A DNA stretch of 32,000 bases from Candidatus Saccharimonas aalborgensis (GTDB taxonomy: Bacteria; Patescibacteriota; Saccharimonadia; Saccharimonadales; Saccharimonadaceae): assembly GCF_000392435.1 (NCBI RefSeq), contig NC_021219.1, forward strand, positions 390,001 to 422,000. The letters are read 5' to 3'. Shown piece by piece: positions 1-9,953 of this stretch. Below the pieces are notes generated by a model. That model had not been told where the DNA came from. It saw only the letters and a program-made list of their open reading frames with translations, and did no database searches. Every line of letters begins with the position of its first letter. The first letter of the stretch is position 1. Position numbers and translations under genes: made by a program.

Positions 1-60
1 TGCATGGGAGCGGGCACTATCGATCACTGGGTGAGAGAGATGCTCGCTAGCTCTCCTTAA
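1..60 (+). CDS. Possible C-terminal tail of a CDS entering from the left edge (...MGAGTIDHWVREMLASSP*)
   Basis: Frame 1 is open from the window edge to TAA at 58-60; too short to identify. Confidence 0.3.
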   Translation, partial: CMGAGTIDHWVREMLASSP

Positions 61-860
61 GTCGCCTGCTCAGTGAACTCCTCAAAAAAGAAATCATCAC
101 CAAAAAACGCTCTTGTCACTATCTGTTCAACAGCCGGCGCTAGTGGAATCTGTGACATGGCAAGTGGTTCGATCCATTGTAAGTTGCTGGTTGCAACAAT
201 GGCGTCAGTTTCGATACGGATAACGTGTAAAAGTATTTTTGATTCTACTATCTGTCTCTTTCCACCGTTAATCTTGATTAATTCACCTTCGACCATGTGA
301 CCTCCGGGAGGTTCATCGCGATGTTCGTCAGTTTCTGCAAGTACCGTCACATAGCAATCACCAACATGTCGCAAAACATGCGGGTCAAATCTAAAAGAAT
401 CATAACAAATACGACGCGCCGCTAACTCAATAGAATAGTCATCCGCTAAGATGTCTCCCGACGGCAACTCCCACCGATTGATACCTGGCTGTATATCACG
501 TTTGCGAACAAGAAGCTTCCCGTAGCCATCTTGTATAATAAACGCCGCCTTGGTGATAGCCCTTGCAGATAATTCAGGATGATTTTGACTTGCTCGGAAA
601 ATATAGCCACATCCTTTTTGAGTCAAATAGTACGTATTTCTGTTTTTTCTTATAAAATCGTTTTCGACGAGAACTTTCAGATGATACGTAAAGAGATTGG
701 TAGCAACTTTTTGAGGTTTCATATCTATAAAGTGAGCTGATTCGTGCGTCGATAAGTACGTAACAATATAGTGTTGAATAGGGTGTTTTGGAGAGACTAA
801 CTTACTCATAGATTGACTCAAAATTATTTCATTACTAATTTTTATCATACGTAAACACAC
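57..860 (-). CDS. N-terminal winged-helix/HTH plus degenerate NUDIX domain protein, putative regulator
   Basis: 267-aa ORF; helical N-terminus with ArsR-like HTH character; NUDIX-like segment LPSGDILADDYSIELAARRICYDSF with key acidic residues altered. Confidence 0.6.
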   Translation of the reverse strand: MCLRMIKISNEIILSQSMSKLVSPKHPIQHYIVTYLSTHESAHFIDMKPQKVATNLFTYHLKVLVENDFIRKNRNTYYLTQKGCGYIFRASQNHPELSARAITKAAFIIQDGYGKLLVRKRDIQPGINRWELPSGDILADDYSIELAARRICYDSFRFDPHVLRHVGDCYVTVLAETDEHRDEPPGGHMVEGELIKINGGKRQIVESKILLHVIRIETDAIVATSNLQWIEPLAMSQIPLAPAVEQIVTRAFFGDDFFFEEFTEQAT

Positions 861-904
861 TCATTTTGAAAAGCATTTGATAGAAATATACGGAATAACT
901 GCTC

Positions 905-1483
905 CTAGCGAGCTATTTTTTCGGTACTAAAGTGCCCCGCCGGTACTGGTTCCCATGCGGTCAAAAACTCATCGAAGGCCTTTAGGTGGGTCGTGCGAAT
1001 ATTTGAAAAAACTTGTGAGTCAGAGAGCTGTTCAATCTCGCTACGAGATAGCCAGCGAATGTCTTGTGATTCATCTGCGGCCAACGGAAGTGTTGGCTCC
1101 GAATGTGTCGTAAAAAGATATACCGTATCGGTGTGCCAATGATCTGGAGTATTTGCGTTCATATGTGTATCTAGGAAAAACGGTTGCGGATGAATGGTGA
1201 TGTCATCGATCCCTTCCTGATGTATTCTTAGCGGTGGCTGGAGGACATACAGATCCTTAATATCATAGCCAGCTTCCTCTGCAATCTCATGAATAACTGC
1301 ATCCCATGGTGATTCATCCAGCTCAACATGACCACCGACACAAATGAGTGTGGCAAGTTTTTTGTGCATATGCAGGAGAGCCTTTGGCTCCTTGCCATCG
1401 ACTCGAATGATATGTGCGGCGACTGTCATGTCATGCTGACCAGGATTGGTATGTATATGGGCCATATAGCTATTGTACCTCAC
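905..1483 (-). CDS. NUDIX hydrolase
   Basis: 192 aa; near-canonical NUDIX box GGHVELDESPWDAVIHEIAEEAGY. Confidence 0.85.
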   Translation of the reverse strand: MRYNSYMAHIHTNPGQHDMTVAAHIIRVDGKEPKALLHMHKKLATLICVGGHVELDESPWDAVIHEIAEEAGYDIKDLYVLQPPLRIHQEGIDDITIHPQPFFLDTHMNANTPDHWHTDTVYLFTTHSEPTLPLAADESQDIRWLSRSEIEQLSDSQVFSNIRTTHLKAFDEFLTAWEPVPAGHFSTEKIAR

Positions 1484-2138
1484 CGTGTACCAACCTAGCG
1501 GAGAGATAGTGCACCTTTCTTCCCTCTCCCAGCCAGCGCTGCTCGTAGGTTGTCATAGTATAAGCATCGTCGTCGGACAATGAAGCATGAAGATCATTAG
1601 TTTCAGTAACAATACGCCAACCATTGTCAACGAGCTGCTGCTTACTCCATTCGAAAAACTCTTGATTGTCATGCTTAAGATGGAGTAGGCCCGTCGGGAT
1701 GAGAAGCCGTTGGTAGCATTTCAGAAATGTGGCGTGCGTAAGTCGACGCCCCTCACTACGTTTTTTTGGAAATGGATCAGGGAAGGTTATCCATAACTCC
1801 CTCACGCTGTGTGCATTCAGTAGGTCGCCGATTTGATCAGCTCTCGCACGAATGAAACTGACGTTTGGGATGTTATTTTCGAGTGCATAGTACGCGCCTT
1901 TTTGAAGTCGATCACCCTTGACATCAATTGCAATTACTCTTGCCCTAGGATGGCGACGAGCAATTTGCGCACTAAACAGTCCGGTACCTGCACCCACCTC
2001 AATAACATCTGCTGGTGCTTTTTTCCATTCAGCGACCTCATAGCAGTTGCGTGCATTGCAAAATTTTGCAAAGCGATATTTCTTTCGCTTACGGGTTATA
2101 ATGTAGTTCCTCGGATCAACTCTCTCGGTCATATGCAT
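1470..2138 (-). CDS. trmB: tRNA (guanine(46)-N7)-methyltransferase
   Basis: 222 aa; SAM motif EVGAGTGLFSAQIA and TrmB signature ITFPDPFPKKRSEGRRL. Confidence 0.9.
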   Translation of the reverse strand: MHMTERVDPRNYIITRKRKKYRFAKFCNARNCYEVAEWKKAPADVIEVGAGTGLFSAQIARRHPRARVIAIDVKGDRLQKGAYYALENNIPNVSFIRARADQIGDLLNAHSVRELWITFPDPFPKKRSEGRRLTHATFLKCYQRLLIPTGLLHLKHDNQEFFEWSKQQLVDNGWRIVTETNDLHASLSDDDAYTMTTYEQRWLGEGRKVHYLSARLVHGEVQ

Positions 2139-2174
2139 CCATTATAACTTTTCTCTCTGTTATAATAAGCATAA

Positions 2175-3860
2175 GTGGACTCAACCATTTTTACCCAACT
2201 CAGCTACGTGATTGCTATCGTTGTGATAGTATCTGTTATCATGCGCTGGCTGAGACAGCCGTTGATTATGGGATACATCATCACCGGTGTCATAGTCGGG
2301 CCGAGTTTCCTTCATATCGTAAGAAACCAAAATGCTTTTGACTCGTTTAGTTCTATTGGCATTACGCTCCTGCTCTTTATTATTGGGCTCGGTCTCAACA
2401 CTAGTGTCATCAGAAGCGTTGGTCGTGTCTCATTCATCACGAGCATGTCAATCCTGCCAATCCTTGGCCTAACGGTGTATGGTATCTCAAGCTGGCTGGG
2501 CTTTACGCCAGCTAGCAGCGCGGTGCTTGCTGTGGCTCTGTTCTTTAGCAGTACCATCATCGTCCTAAAGATCCTCTCGGATAAAAAAGAGATGTCTCGG
2601 TTGTACGGACAAATTACCCTTGGGATCCTCTTGATTGAAGATGTTGTCGCAACTATTGCAGTGGTATTGCTCACGATGATTGCAAATCCAAGTGAGATGA
2701 CGCTTTCTAGTATTGGTATAATCTTGCTAAAAGCAGTTGGTCTCGGCGTGGGCCTCACCGTTGCTGGTGCTTTTGTCATGCCGCGCCTTAGTAAGTTTTT
2801 TGCAAAGACGCAGGAACTTCTGTTCCTTTTTGCTATTGGCTGGGGCCTTATCGTCGCAACGGCCTTCGATCTTGCGGGCTTTTCGCACGAAGTTGGCGCA
2901 CTCTTTGCGGGTGTATCGATCGCTGGCGTCCCCTATGCAATCGAAATGGCGGCAAAGTTAAAACCACTCCGAGATTTCTTTATCGTGATATTTTTTGTCA
3001 CCCTTGGTGAATCGTTCACCCTCGAGAGTATCATGAAAAACCTCGTCGTCGCCCACTTGCTCGCTCTCGTCGTGGTAGTAGGAAAACCACTTCTTGTGCT
3101 GACTATTCTTGGCATACAACGCTACACAAAACTGACAAGCTTCAAAGCAGCCGTCCACCTTTCACAGGTAAGTGAGTTCTCGATTATTTTTGTTACACTT
3201 GCTGCCACAAAAAATGTTGTTGATAAAGACTTTGTCTCTCTTATCACATTGGTCGCATTTATTACGATCGGCATCTCATCATACCTCACCAAGCATGCAG
3301 ATGGTCTGTACAGATTACTCGAAAGACCCCTGAGACACTTCGAGCGAGCGAGCGTTAGCGAGCCGCGGAAACGTCAAGTACTCTATCCTGTTATTCTTGT
3401 GGGGTACCATAAAGGTGGACATGAATTTCTCAAGACATTTCGCGACATGCGTCAACGATATTTGGTCGTCGACTATGACCCAGAAATAATCGACAGTTTA
3501 GAGGAACAAGGCATCCGGCATGCCTATGGAGATGCGACGGACGAAGAGTTTTTGGATGATATTAATGCCGACCATGCACAACTCATTGTAAGCACCATGA
3601 CCGACCTCATGACGAATCGGGCGTTGTTGCTCTATATCAGGAGACATAACCAAAAGACAAGCTTTATCTGCCACGCGAACAACTACACAGAAGCTGCTGA
3701 GCTCTACGAACATGGAGCAAGCTACGTCAGTCTTCCCCACTACATTGGCTCAGAACGTGTCAGCAGCTTTATTAAACGACATGGACTCGACCACAATGCG
3801 CTTGCCAGCTACCGTGATAAGCACTTGATTACGATTGGCCGTCAAGCTATTGGATCGTAA
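2175..3860 (+). CDS. CPA2-family monovalent cation:proton antiporter with C-terminal TrkA-N-like domain (Kef-type)
   Basis: 561 aa; about 12 hydrophobic segments (PLIMGYIITGVIVGPS, LLLFIIGLGLNT) followed by Rossmann-like VILVGYHKGGHEFLKTF...VVDYDPEIID...YGDATD. Confidence 0.88.
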   Translation: MDSTIFTQLSYVIAIVVIVSVIMRWLRQPLIMGYIITGVIVGPSFLHIVRNQNAFDSFSSIGITLLLFIIGLGLNTSVIRSVGRVSFITSMSILPILGLTVYGISSWLGFTPASSAVLAVALFFSSTIIVLKILSDKKEMSRLYGQITLGILLIEDVVATIAVVLLTMIANPSEMTLSSIGIILLKAVGLGVGLTVAGAFVMPRLSKFFAKTQELLFLFAIGWGLIVATAFDLAGFSHEVGALFAGVSIAGVPYAIEMAAKLKPLRDFFIVIFFVTLGESFTLESIMKNLVVAHLLALVVVVGKPLLVLTILGIQRYTKLTSFKAAVHLSQVSEFSIIFVTLAATKNVVDKDFVSLITLVAFITIGISSYLTKHADGLYRLLERPLRHFERASVSEPRKRQVLYPVILVGYHKGGHEFLKTFRDMRQRYLVVDYDPEIIDSLEEQGIRHAYGDATDEEFLDDINADHAQLIVSTMTDLMTNRALLLYIRRHNQKTSFICHANNYTEAAELYEHGASYVSLPHYIGSERVSSFIKRHGLDHNALASYRDKHLITIGRQAIGS

Positions 3861-3884
3861 TAAACGGTAGGTCTACTAATTCAT

Positions 3885-4274
3885 TTAATTCGTAGTAGTA
3901 GTAACGCTCTGCGGCAACACCAGCAATTGTAATGTGTCCTCACTCAGTACAGTTGGGTCGAAGCTATTTACACCAGTTACTTTTTTTGCTCGTTCTGCGT
4001 AGAGCTGCCTAAACGTATCGTACGCTGCAGCGTCAAACGGACCATTGGCCGGATAGCTGGTACTTACTTCTTCTTTTGTCACCTGCTTTTGGATATCCCT
4101 ATAGCGCGGCTGGCTCAAGTCTAACTGCGCTGCACCGCTGGTGTTATAAAGGTCCATGGCGATGATCACCATGACAAGTGACAGGGCTATAACGCTACAG
4201 ATGAGTCCCAAAAAGCGATACCGCTGAAGAGACGTCATTGCCCTCAATTCGAAGCTTGTCGAGTCGTTTCTCAT
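3885..4274 (-). CDS. Hypothetical membrane-anchored protein
   Basis: 129 aa with one strong TM segment (YRFLGLICSVIALSLVMVIIAM); abuts the upstream ORF. Confidence 0.6.
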   Translation of the reverse strand: MRNDSTSFELRAMTSLQRYRFLGLICSVIALSLVMVIIAMDLYNTSGAAQLDLSQPRYRDIQKQVTKEEVSTSYPANGPFDAAAYDTFRQLYAERAKKVTGVNSFDPTVLSEDTLQLLVLPQSVTTTTN

Positions 4275-4802
4275 TTAGCGCTCCCTAGGTGAATTACGTG
4301 TGGCAAATAGCTCAAACTGATCACTATATTGTTTTATGTAAGCATTTAGCTTTTGAATAGAATTCCTTAGCTGTGTCCGCAAGTCTTTTGCCCTAACAAC
4401 CGTATCGTAAAACATAACAGGTTGATCCTGGCAGTTTGTCTGGATCGCGCTGGTGACTGTCTGTTCATACACCTTGTAGGCCTCGACAAACACGGCACGC
4501 TCGGCATTGTAGTCTACAGTGGTCTTAGCGAGATCAAGTCCGTCCAGCTTATTAAGCGCAATCCGACTGTTAAGAGGTGCCATCAACCGCGCCGCAATAA
4601 CATCGTATTGTTGTGCCAAGTTGATGCGCAACAGGGCATCGTTTGAGTGAAGCCTGGTCAGTGTTGACTGTACTTCTTGGCAATTAGCACGAATAGCACT
4701 CACCTGGTCGTCATTTAACAAAAGACCGGTACCCTCAGCTCTCACGCATGGACTAACGACGATCGCACAGACAAGGGCCGAAATGATAAGTTTTTTATAC
4801 AT
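4275..4802 (-). CDS. Hypothetical secreted helical protein
   Basis: 175 aa; signal peptide MYKKLIISALVCAIVVSPCVRA, helical remainder. Confidence 0.65.
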   Translation of the reverse strand: MYKKLIISALVCAIVVSPCVRAEGTGLLLNDDQVSAIRANCQEVQSTLTRLHSNDALLRINLAQQYDVIAARLMAPLNSRIALNKLDGLDLAKTTVDYNAERAVFVEAYKVYEQTVTSAIQTNCQDQPVMFYDTVVRAKDLRTQLRNSIQKLNAYIKQYSDQFELFATRNSPRER

Positions 4803-4826
4803 CTCTTTTATTATCTATGAGCGCAG

Positions 4827-5621
4827 TTATTTGGTCAATTCAATATTACCAGCAGAATCGTATTGGATCAGCCCGTCTTTTAGTAGGCCATCGAGCGCGA
4901 TTTGAAATCGTTTATCGGCATGGAGTATTATGGCAAGGCTCTCTTTTGATTGGCTGTCTTTTGTAAGCTGATGAATTATTTGCCCGCGTACCTGCCGGAC
5001 GCTGCCCGCTAGGGCGTTTTGTTTTTTGTAGTGAATACTCTTGTCAAGCCGCGCCGAGCGTTGCTGTTTTAGTTCGGCGCCATAGTCCATGAGCGCCCAA
5101 AACCACTCACGTGGGTGTTCCCCGTCCATTGTCTGCTCAACCATCGCGGTGAGCTCCGTATCAGATACGTACTGCTGATCGAAAAAGAAGTGATTGAAAT
5201 AGACAGTGCGAATATTTGTCTCAATGTAGGCGGTAGGTATTTGATAAACGTAGTTCATAATTGCCCCAGCAGTACCGGCACCGACACCTGGCAAGGCAAG
5301 CAGTTCTTTCATCGAAGCGGGCTGACCATGATGCATCACTACCCGCGATGCCTCGTGAAGATATTTTGCACGACGATTATAGCCAAGACCTTGCCAGACT
5401 CGCAGTACATCAGCAAGCGGGGCAGACGCGAGATCGGCGATGGTCGGAAACCTATCCATGAACTCATTGTACTTACCGAGTACCCTCGACACCTGGGTCT
5501 GTTGCAACATTAATTCACTTACAAGCACGTGGTAAAATGTGGGCTCATCACGCCAAGGCATATCTCGATATAGCTCACGGCCTTTTGCCCACACTAGCTC
5601 TCGAAATAACCCTACATCCAT
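4827..5621 (-). CDS. MutY/endonuclease III-like HhH-GPD DNA glycosylase lacking the Fe-S cysteines
   Basis: 264 aa; VSELMLQQTQV, LPGVGAGTAGAI hairpin-helix-hairpin; no C-x6-C-x2-C-x5-C cluster after YGAELKQQRSARLDK. Confidence 0.82.
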   Translation of the reverse strand: MDVGLFRELVWAKGRELYRDMPWRDEPTFYHVLVSELMLQQTQVSRVLGKYNEFMDRFPTIADLASAPLADVLRVWQGLGYNRRAKYLHEASRVVMHHGQPASMKELLALPGVGAGTAGAIMNYVYQIPTAYIETNIRTVYFNHFFFDQQYVSDTELTAMVEQTMDGEHPREWFWALMDYGAELKQQRSARLDKSIHYKKQNALAGSVRQVRGQIIHQLTKDSQSKESLAIILHADKRFQIALDGLLKDGLIQYDSAGNIELTK

Positions 5622-5882
5622 TTAGCTCTTTTGTTTTGCTACCCAGTGCATAATGATGATTCCAGCTACCCAATACGGTACCAAAAACAAGATCGTGTCG
5701 AGAAGTGAGCGGTTTGGCACCAGCAGCATGTAGGTGAGATACAGATACGCCACATAGGGTACGTACATCAGCCAGCCCTTCCAGTGCACCGGAATATAGC
5801 TGCCGCGCAGCGGGCGGAACCATGCATGTGTTGTGTTTGATGAACGTTTTTTCGATGTTTTTCGTGCTACCATGCTCTGCAT
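5622..5882 (-). CDS. Small membrane protein, hypothetical
   Basis: 86 aa with two hydrophobic segments; immediately upstream of the glycosylase ORF on the same strand. Confidence 0.5.
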   Translation of the reverse strand: MQSMVARKTSKKRSSNTTHAWFRPLRGSYIPVHWKGWLMYVPYVAYLYLTYMLLVPNRSLLDTILFLVPYWVAGIIIMHWVAKQKS

Positions 5883-5896
5883 TATATAATAGCTGT

Positions 5897-6505
5897 ATGG
5901 AAATTACGAAATACGCCCATGCCTGTTTTGTCGCAATCAAAGATGGTCAATCGGTGGTTGTCGACCCGGGTGAGCTATCTAGCAACTTTACTGTTCCTAA
6001 AAACCCTGTCGCCGTGGTTGTCACGCATATTCATGGTGACCACTGGAGTGCTGATCACCTTACCCAGATGCCAAATGTACCGGTATTTGCTCCTGACGAT
6101 GCGGCCAATCGGCTACGCGAACTCAACCTTAACGTGATAGTTGTTGCGCCAGGGGAAACAAAACAAGTAGGTAATTTCAAACTCACTTTCACTGGCGGCC
6201 AGCATGCGCTCATTCACCCTGACACACCTATGTGTCGCAACGTCGGCGTGCTGATAAATGACGGTGAAGTGTACTACCCTGGTGACTCATTTGCGTCGGC
6301 TGGTATGCCAATAGAAACACTTGCCGTTCCCATAGCAGCACCATGGATGAAAACTGCAGAAGCCATGGATTATCTTACACAAGTTCGACCGAAACGCGCC
6401 TTCCCCACACATGATGCCGTGCTGAGCGAAGCTGGTAAACAATTCGCCGACAACTGGATGAAGCAGGCTGCCGAAAAATCCGGAACAATATATGAACGAA
6501 TTTAG
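5897..6505 (+). CDS. Metallo-beta-lactamase fold hydrolase (UlaG/YtnP-like)
   Basis: Likely ATG at 5897 (MEITKYAHACFV); motif THIHGDHW and later PTHDAV. The ORF track start at 5822 is probably too long. Confidence 0.82.
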   Translation: MEITKYAHACFVAIKDGQSVVVDPGELSSNFTVPKNPVAVVVTHIHGDHWSADHLTQMPNVPVFAPDDAANRLRELNLNVIVVAPGETKQVGNFKLTFTGGQHALIHPDTPMCRNVGVLINDGEVYYPGDSFASAGMPIETLAVPIAAPWMKTAEAMDYLTQVRPKRAFPTHDAVLSEAGKQFADNWMKQAAEKSGTIYERI

Positions 6506-7037
6506 TTTTCCTATTATCCTTTCGCAAGACCAGCACGAAATGGGACTTGCCGAAACAAACGATGGGCCGATTCACTTTACGCGGCTCGCCGCTCGCGCTG
6601 TTCTCACGAATGACAAAGGCCAAGTGGCCGTGATGCACTTCACCAAAACCGGATCGTATAAACTACCGGGCGGTGGAATTGATGAAGGCGAAGAGATCAT
6701 CGCTGCACTTGAGCGCGAAGTACTAGAAGAAACCGGTTATACGATAACTGACATTCGGCCGCTCGGCACGGTAGACGAAAACCGGTATTTTTGCGGTATG
6801 CACCAAGTGTCGTATTGCTTTACGGCACGGGTGGTCGACTTTGTGGGCACGCAGCTCACCGAAAAAGAAGCGAGTGAAGGCATGAACCTACGCTGGGCCA
6901 GCTCAATCGACGAGGCCATAGCCTGGATACAGAGTGGTAATACTGTCGACGAAGATGGCAGCGCCAGCGGCCTTGCCATGATGAAAACACGCGATATCGC
7001 AATACTCAATGCCGCCCGTACCCAGCAATCTACTTAG
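6492..7037 (+). CDS. NUDIX hydrolase
   Basis: 181 aa; canonical GGGIDEGEEIIAALEREVLEETGY. Confidence 0.88.
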   Translation: MNEFSFPIILSQDQHEMGLAETNDGPIHFTRLAARAVLTNDKGQVAVMHFTKTGSYKLPGGGIDEGEEIIAALEREVLEETGYTITDIRPLGTVDENRYFCGMHQVSYCFTARVVDFVGTQLTEKEASEGMNLRWASSIDEAIAWIQSGNTVDEDGSASGLAMMKTRDIAILNAARTQQST

Positions 7038-7190
7038 AACAATATACTACCTAATGCATGGGTCGTCCCAGCTATTTTCAGTTTTTACTAACCAATACTC
7101 ATTGTCGTAGCGTTGTGAACTTTCAACAAAATATACTTGTAACCTCCGCAAACGTTTCGGTGTCTTCGCCAGATAATAATAGTCAGCAGT

Positions 7191-8108
7191 TTATTCAGGT
7201 GAGGGACAAACTACGGTCTTACGTGACTCAAGATATGTCATAGTAATGGTAGCGATGAGAATGATTATCGTGCCCACAAACTGCTGCGGCGTAAGCCACT
7301 CCCGGTAAAATAAATAGCCGAATATAAGCCCAAAAACCAACTCCATATCGAGGATAATACTTGCAGTCGTCGCCTTGACATGCTCAAATCCGTAATTACT
7401 AAGTAGGCTCATCCCAACACTCAATACCCCTGCCCCCAGAAGCAATACCCATAGCATCGGTGAAATGGAGTTGCTTGGTAGGACACTATGAGTTATCAAA
7501 ACCGCCATAATATAATTACCCATTACGCCATAGGCTGTCGTGGCAAATGCAAGTTCATGGTTATTTAGCTCGCCCGTCTGCAATTTACGGAAAACGAATG
7601 TCAAAGAAAATAATGCTCCAGACGCGAGCGAAAGCAGTTCGCCATACCCAAATGAGAGACTCACTCCTGATCGTGATGCGACCAATAGTGCGCCGACAAA
7701 TGCAAGAAAGATAAGACTGAACTTACGCGTTGTCATCGTTTCGCGTAGTATTAACCACCCGAATAGCGCCGTGGTTGGAATGACTTGCATTACCGCTACT
7801 GATGCAATCGACGCATACTGAGTGGAAAGTGCATACAATCCTGCCGCAACAACAAAACCGAGTAACCCGCGTACTGCCACAAGAATATGCTCGCGTCGAC
7901 TAACTTGAAATAAATATGCAAAGCGAATCTTTCGATGAAAAACAACTACCATCAACACAAGCGCAATACTAAACCGGATATACCACTGTTCAAATAGTCC
8001 AATGCTGTCACTAAAGAAACGTGCCATTACTGCCGTGATACCGTAGATCGCTGTCAATACGATCAATGCCAATATGCCCCTTCTTACCCTATTCGTCTGC
8101 ACGGCCAA
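7191..8108 (-). CDS. EamA/DMT-superfamily transporter
   Basis: 305 aa; about 10 hydrophobic helices, two-repeat architecture. Confidence 0.8.
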   Translation of the reverse strand: MAVQTNRVRRGILALIVLTAIYGITAVMARFFSDSIGLFEQWYIRFSIALVLMVVVFHRKIRFAYLFQVSRREHILVAVRGLLGFVVAAGLYALSTQYASIASVAVMQVIPTTALFGWLILRETMTTRKFSLIFLAFVGALLVASRSGVSLSFGYGELLSLASGALFSLTFVFRKLQTGELNNHELAFATTAYGVMGNYIMAVLITHSVLPSNSISPMLWVLLLGAGVLSVGMSLLSNYGFEHVKATTASIILDMELVFGLIFGYLFYREWLTPQQFVGTIIILIATITMTYLESRKTVVCPSPE

Positions 8109-8130
8109 GATTATCTGGTTTTGTCACGAG

Positions 8131-9915
8131 CTACAAACCGAGTTCTTTGAGCTGCACTGAGTCAACGGCCGAGGGGCTATTCATCATGACATCGACGCCA
8201 CTCCCATTCTTTGGAAATGCGACAACTTCACGGATATTATCTTCACCAATCAATACCATGAAGATACGATCAAGGCCGAAGGCACAGCCAGCGTGTGGCG
8301 GTGCACCAAATTTGAATGCGTTTAACATCGCGCCAAACTTTTCTTCCACATATTCGGGTGAGAAATCAAGCAGGCCGAAAACTTTGTACAGCACGTCTGG
8401 GTTGTGGTTACGCACGCCACCGCTACAAATCTCGTAGCCGTTCATCACCATGTCGTACTGGTCGGCCACAATGTCGAGCTTGTTTTCGGTGTGTTCGAGT
8501 GCGTCCATGCCGCCCTTTGGCATACTAAATGGATTGTGGCCAAAGTCCATTTTGCCCGTTTTGGCATCGAGTTCGTAGAACGGAAAATCAACTATCCAGG
8601 CAAGTGCTACGATGCTCGGGTCTTTCAGGTTGAAATGGGCCGCAAATTCACTGCGCAGTTTACCGAGCACGGTATTCACCACGCTTCGTTTGTCGGCGCC
8701 GAAGAAAATTGCATCGCCGTCTTCAACGTCCATTTTCTCGACGATTGCGTTAAGCTCATCCTGGTTCATGTGCTTCACAATTGGCGAAAATGCAGTAATT
8801 GCTTTGCCATATTTGCGACACACGGCACCTTCTGCGGTCCCATCACTCCCAAAGCGAACGTATGCTAGGCCGCCAGCGCCCTCGCCCTTGGCAGTTTCCG
8901 TGAAGCTATCGATCTGCGAGCGACTAAGGCTCGCGCCGTTTTTGACACAAATCGCTTTGACACACTCGGCACTACGGAACACACCAAATTCGGTGTTGAC
9001 AAATACGTCAGTCAACTCGACTAATTTCATGTCGAAACGCAGGTCTGGCTTGTCACTACCATAGGTTTCCATGGCTTCCGCATACGGAATACGCGGCACA
9101 TCATCACCGAACTTGAGTGACAATCCGGCGAAGTCTGTGACAAGCGTTTTGATGAGTGGCTCGACGGTACTGCGCACTTCTTCGCCGTCTTCGACAAAAC
9201 TCATCTCAAGATCAAGCTGGTAAAAGTCGCCATACAGCCTGTCGGCCCGCGGGTCTTCATCGCGGAAACACGTAGCGATTTGATAGTAGCGCGGTACACC
9301 GCCAACCATCAGTAGCTGCTTGAACTGCTGTGGCGCCTGAGGCAAAGCATAGAACTTGCCTTCGTGCACACGACTTGGTACCAAAAAGTCGCGCGCGCCT
9401 TCGGGGCTGCTGTTGGCAAGAATTGGCGTGGTAACTTCAGTAAAATCACGTGCTTCCATGTAGTCACGAATGACTTTGTAGTAGCGAGCGCGTTTTTTTA
9501 GGTTCTCCTGCATTTTCGGACGACGTAGGTCAAGGTAACGGTATTTAAGTCGTAAGTCTTCGCCAGCCTGGGCTTCAGCGAATGGCTGAATGGGTAAGGC
9601 TTGAGAACGATTCAATATAGTAAGTGTCGCGACGTATAACTCAACCTCGCCAGTCGGGATTTTTTCGTTCTTTAGTTCAGCCGTGCGTTCTTTCAACTCA
9701 CCTTGGGCTTTGATGACAAACTCATCTCGTAACTCCTCGGCGACAGCAAAAGCATCTGTATTCTCAGGATTGATGACTAATTGTAAGATGCCGCTATGAT
9801 CACGAACGTCGACAAAAATTAGTCCACCGTGGTCGCGACGGGCATGTACCCAACCGGAGACTGAGAGAGTTTTACCAATACAGTGCGGGGCTTCTTGGAC
9901 GAGTGTTCGTTGCAT
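8131..9915 (-). CDS. aspS: Aspartyl-tRNA synthetase
   Basis: 594 aa; OB-fold GWVHARRDHGGLIFVDVRDHSG, class II motifs RYLDLRR, FRDEDPRADR, GLDRIFMVLIG. Confidence 0.95.
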   Translation of the reverse strand: MQRTLVQEAPHCIGKTLSVSGWVHARRDHGGLIFVDVRDHSGILQLVINPENTDAFAVAEELRDEFVIKAQGELKERTAELKNEKIPTGEVELYVATLTILNRSQALPIQPFAEAQAGEDLRLKYRYLDLRRPKMQENLKKRARYYKVIRDYMEARDFTEVTTPILANSSPEGARDFLVPSRVHEGKFYALPQAPQQFKQLLMVGGVPRYYQIATCFRDEDPRADRLYGDFYQLDLEMSFVEDGEEVRSTVEPLIKTLVTDFAGLSLKFGDDVPRIPYAEAMETYGSDKPDLRFDMKLVELTDVFVNTEFGVFRSAECVKAICVKNGASLSRSQIDSFTETAKGEGAGGLAYVRFGSDGTAEGAVCRKYGKAITAFSPIVKHMNQDELNAIVEKMDVEDGDAIFFGADKRSVVNTVLGKLRSEFAAHFNLKDPSIVALAWIVDFPFYELDAKTGKMDFGHNPFSMPKGGMDALEHTENKLDIVADQYDMVMNGYEICSGGVRNHNPDVLYKVFGLLDFSPEYVEEKFGAMLNAFKFGAPPHAGCAFGLDRIFMVLIGEDNIREVVAFPKNGSGVDVMMNSPSAVDSVQLKELGL

Positions 9916-9953
9916 ATCCTTGGTATTCTACCACTGTTAGCGTATTTCGTCCA

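Noticed and set aside
8316-9064. Plus-strand and alternate-frame ORFs of 70-154 aa over aspS
   Set aside because: Shadow ORFs opposite a clearly conserved aspartyl-tRNA synthetase gene; no recognisable domains.
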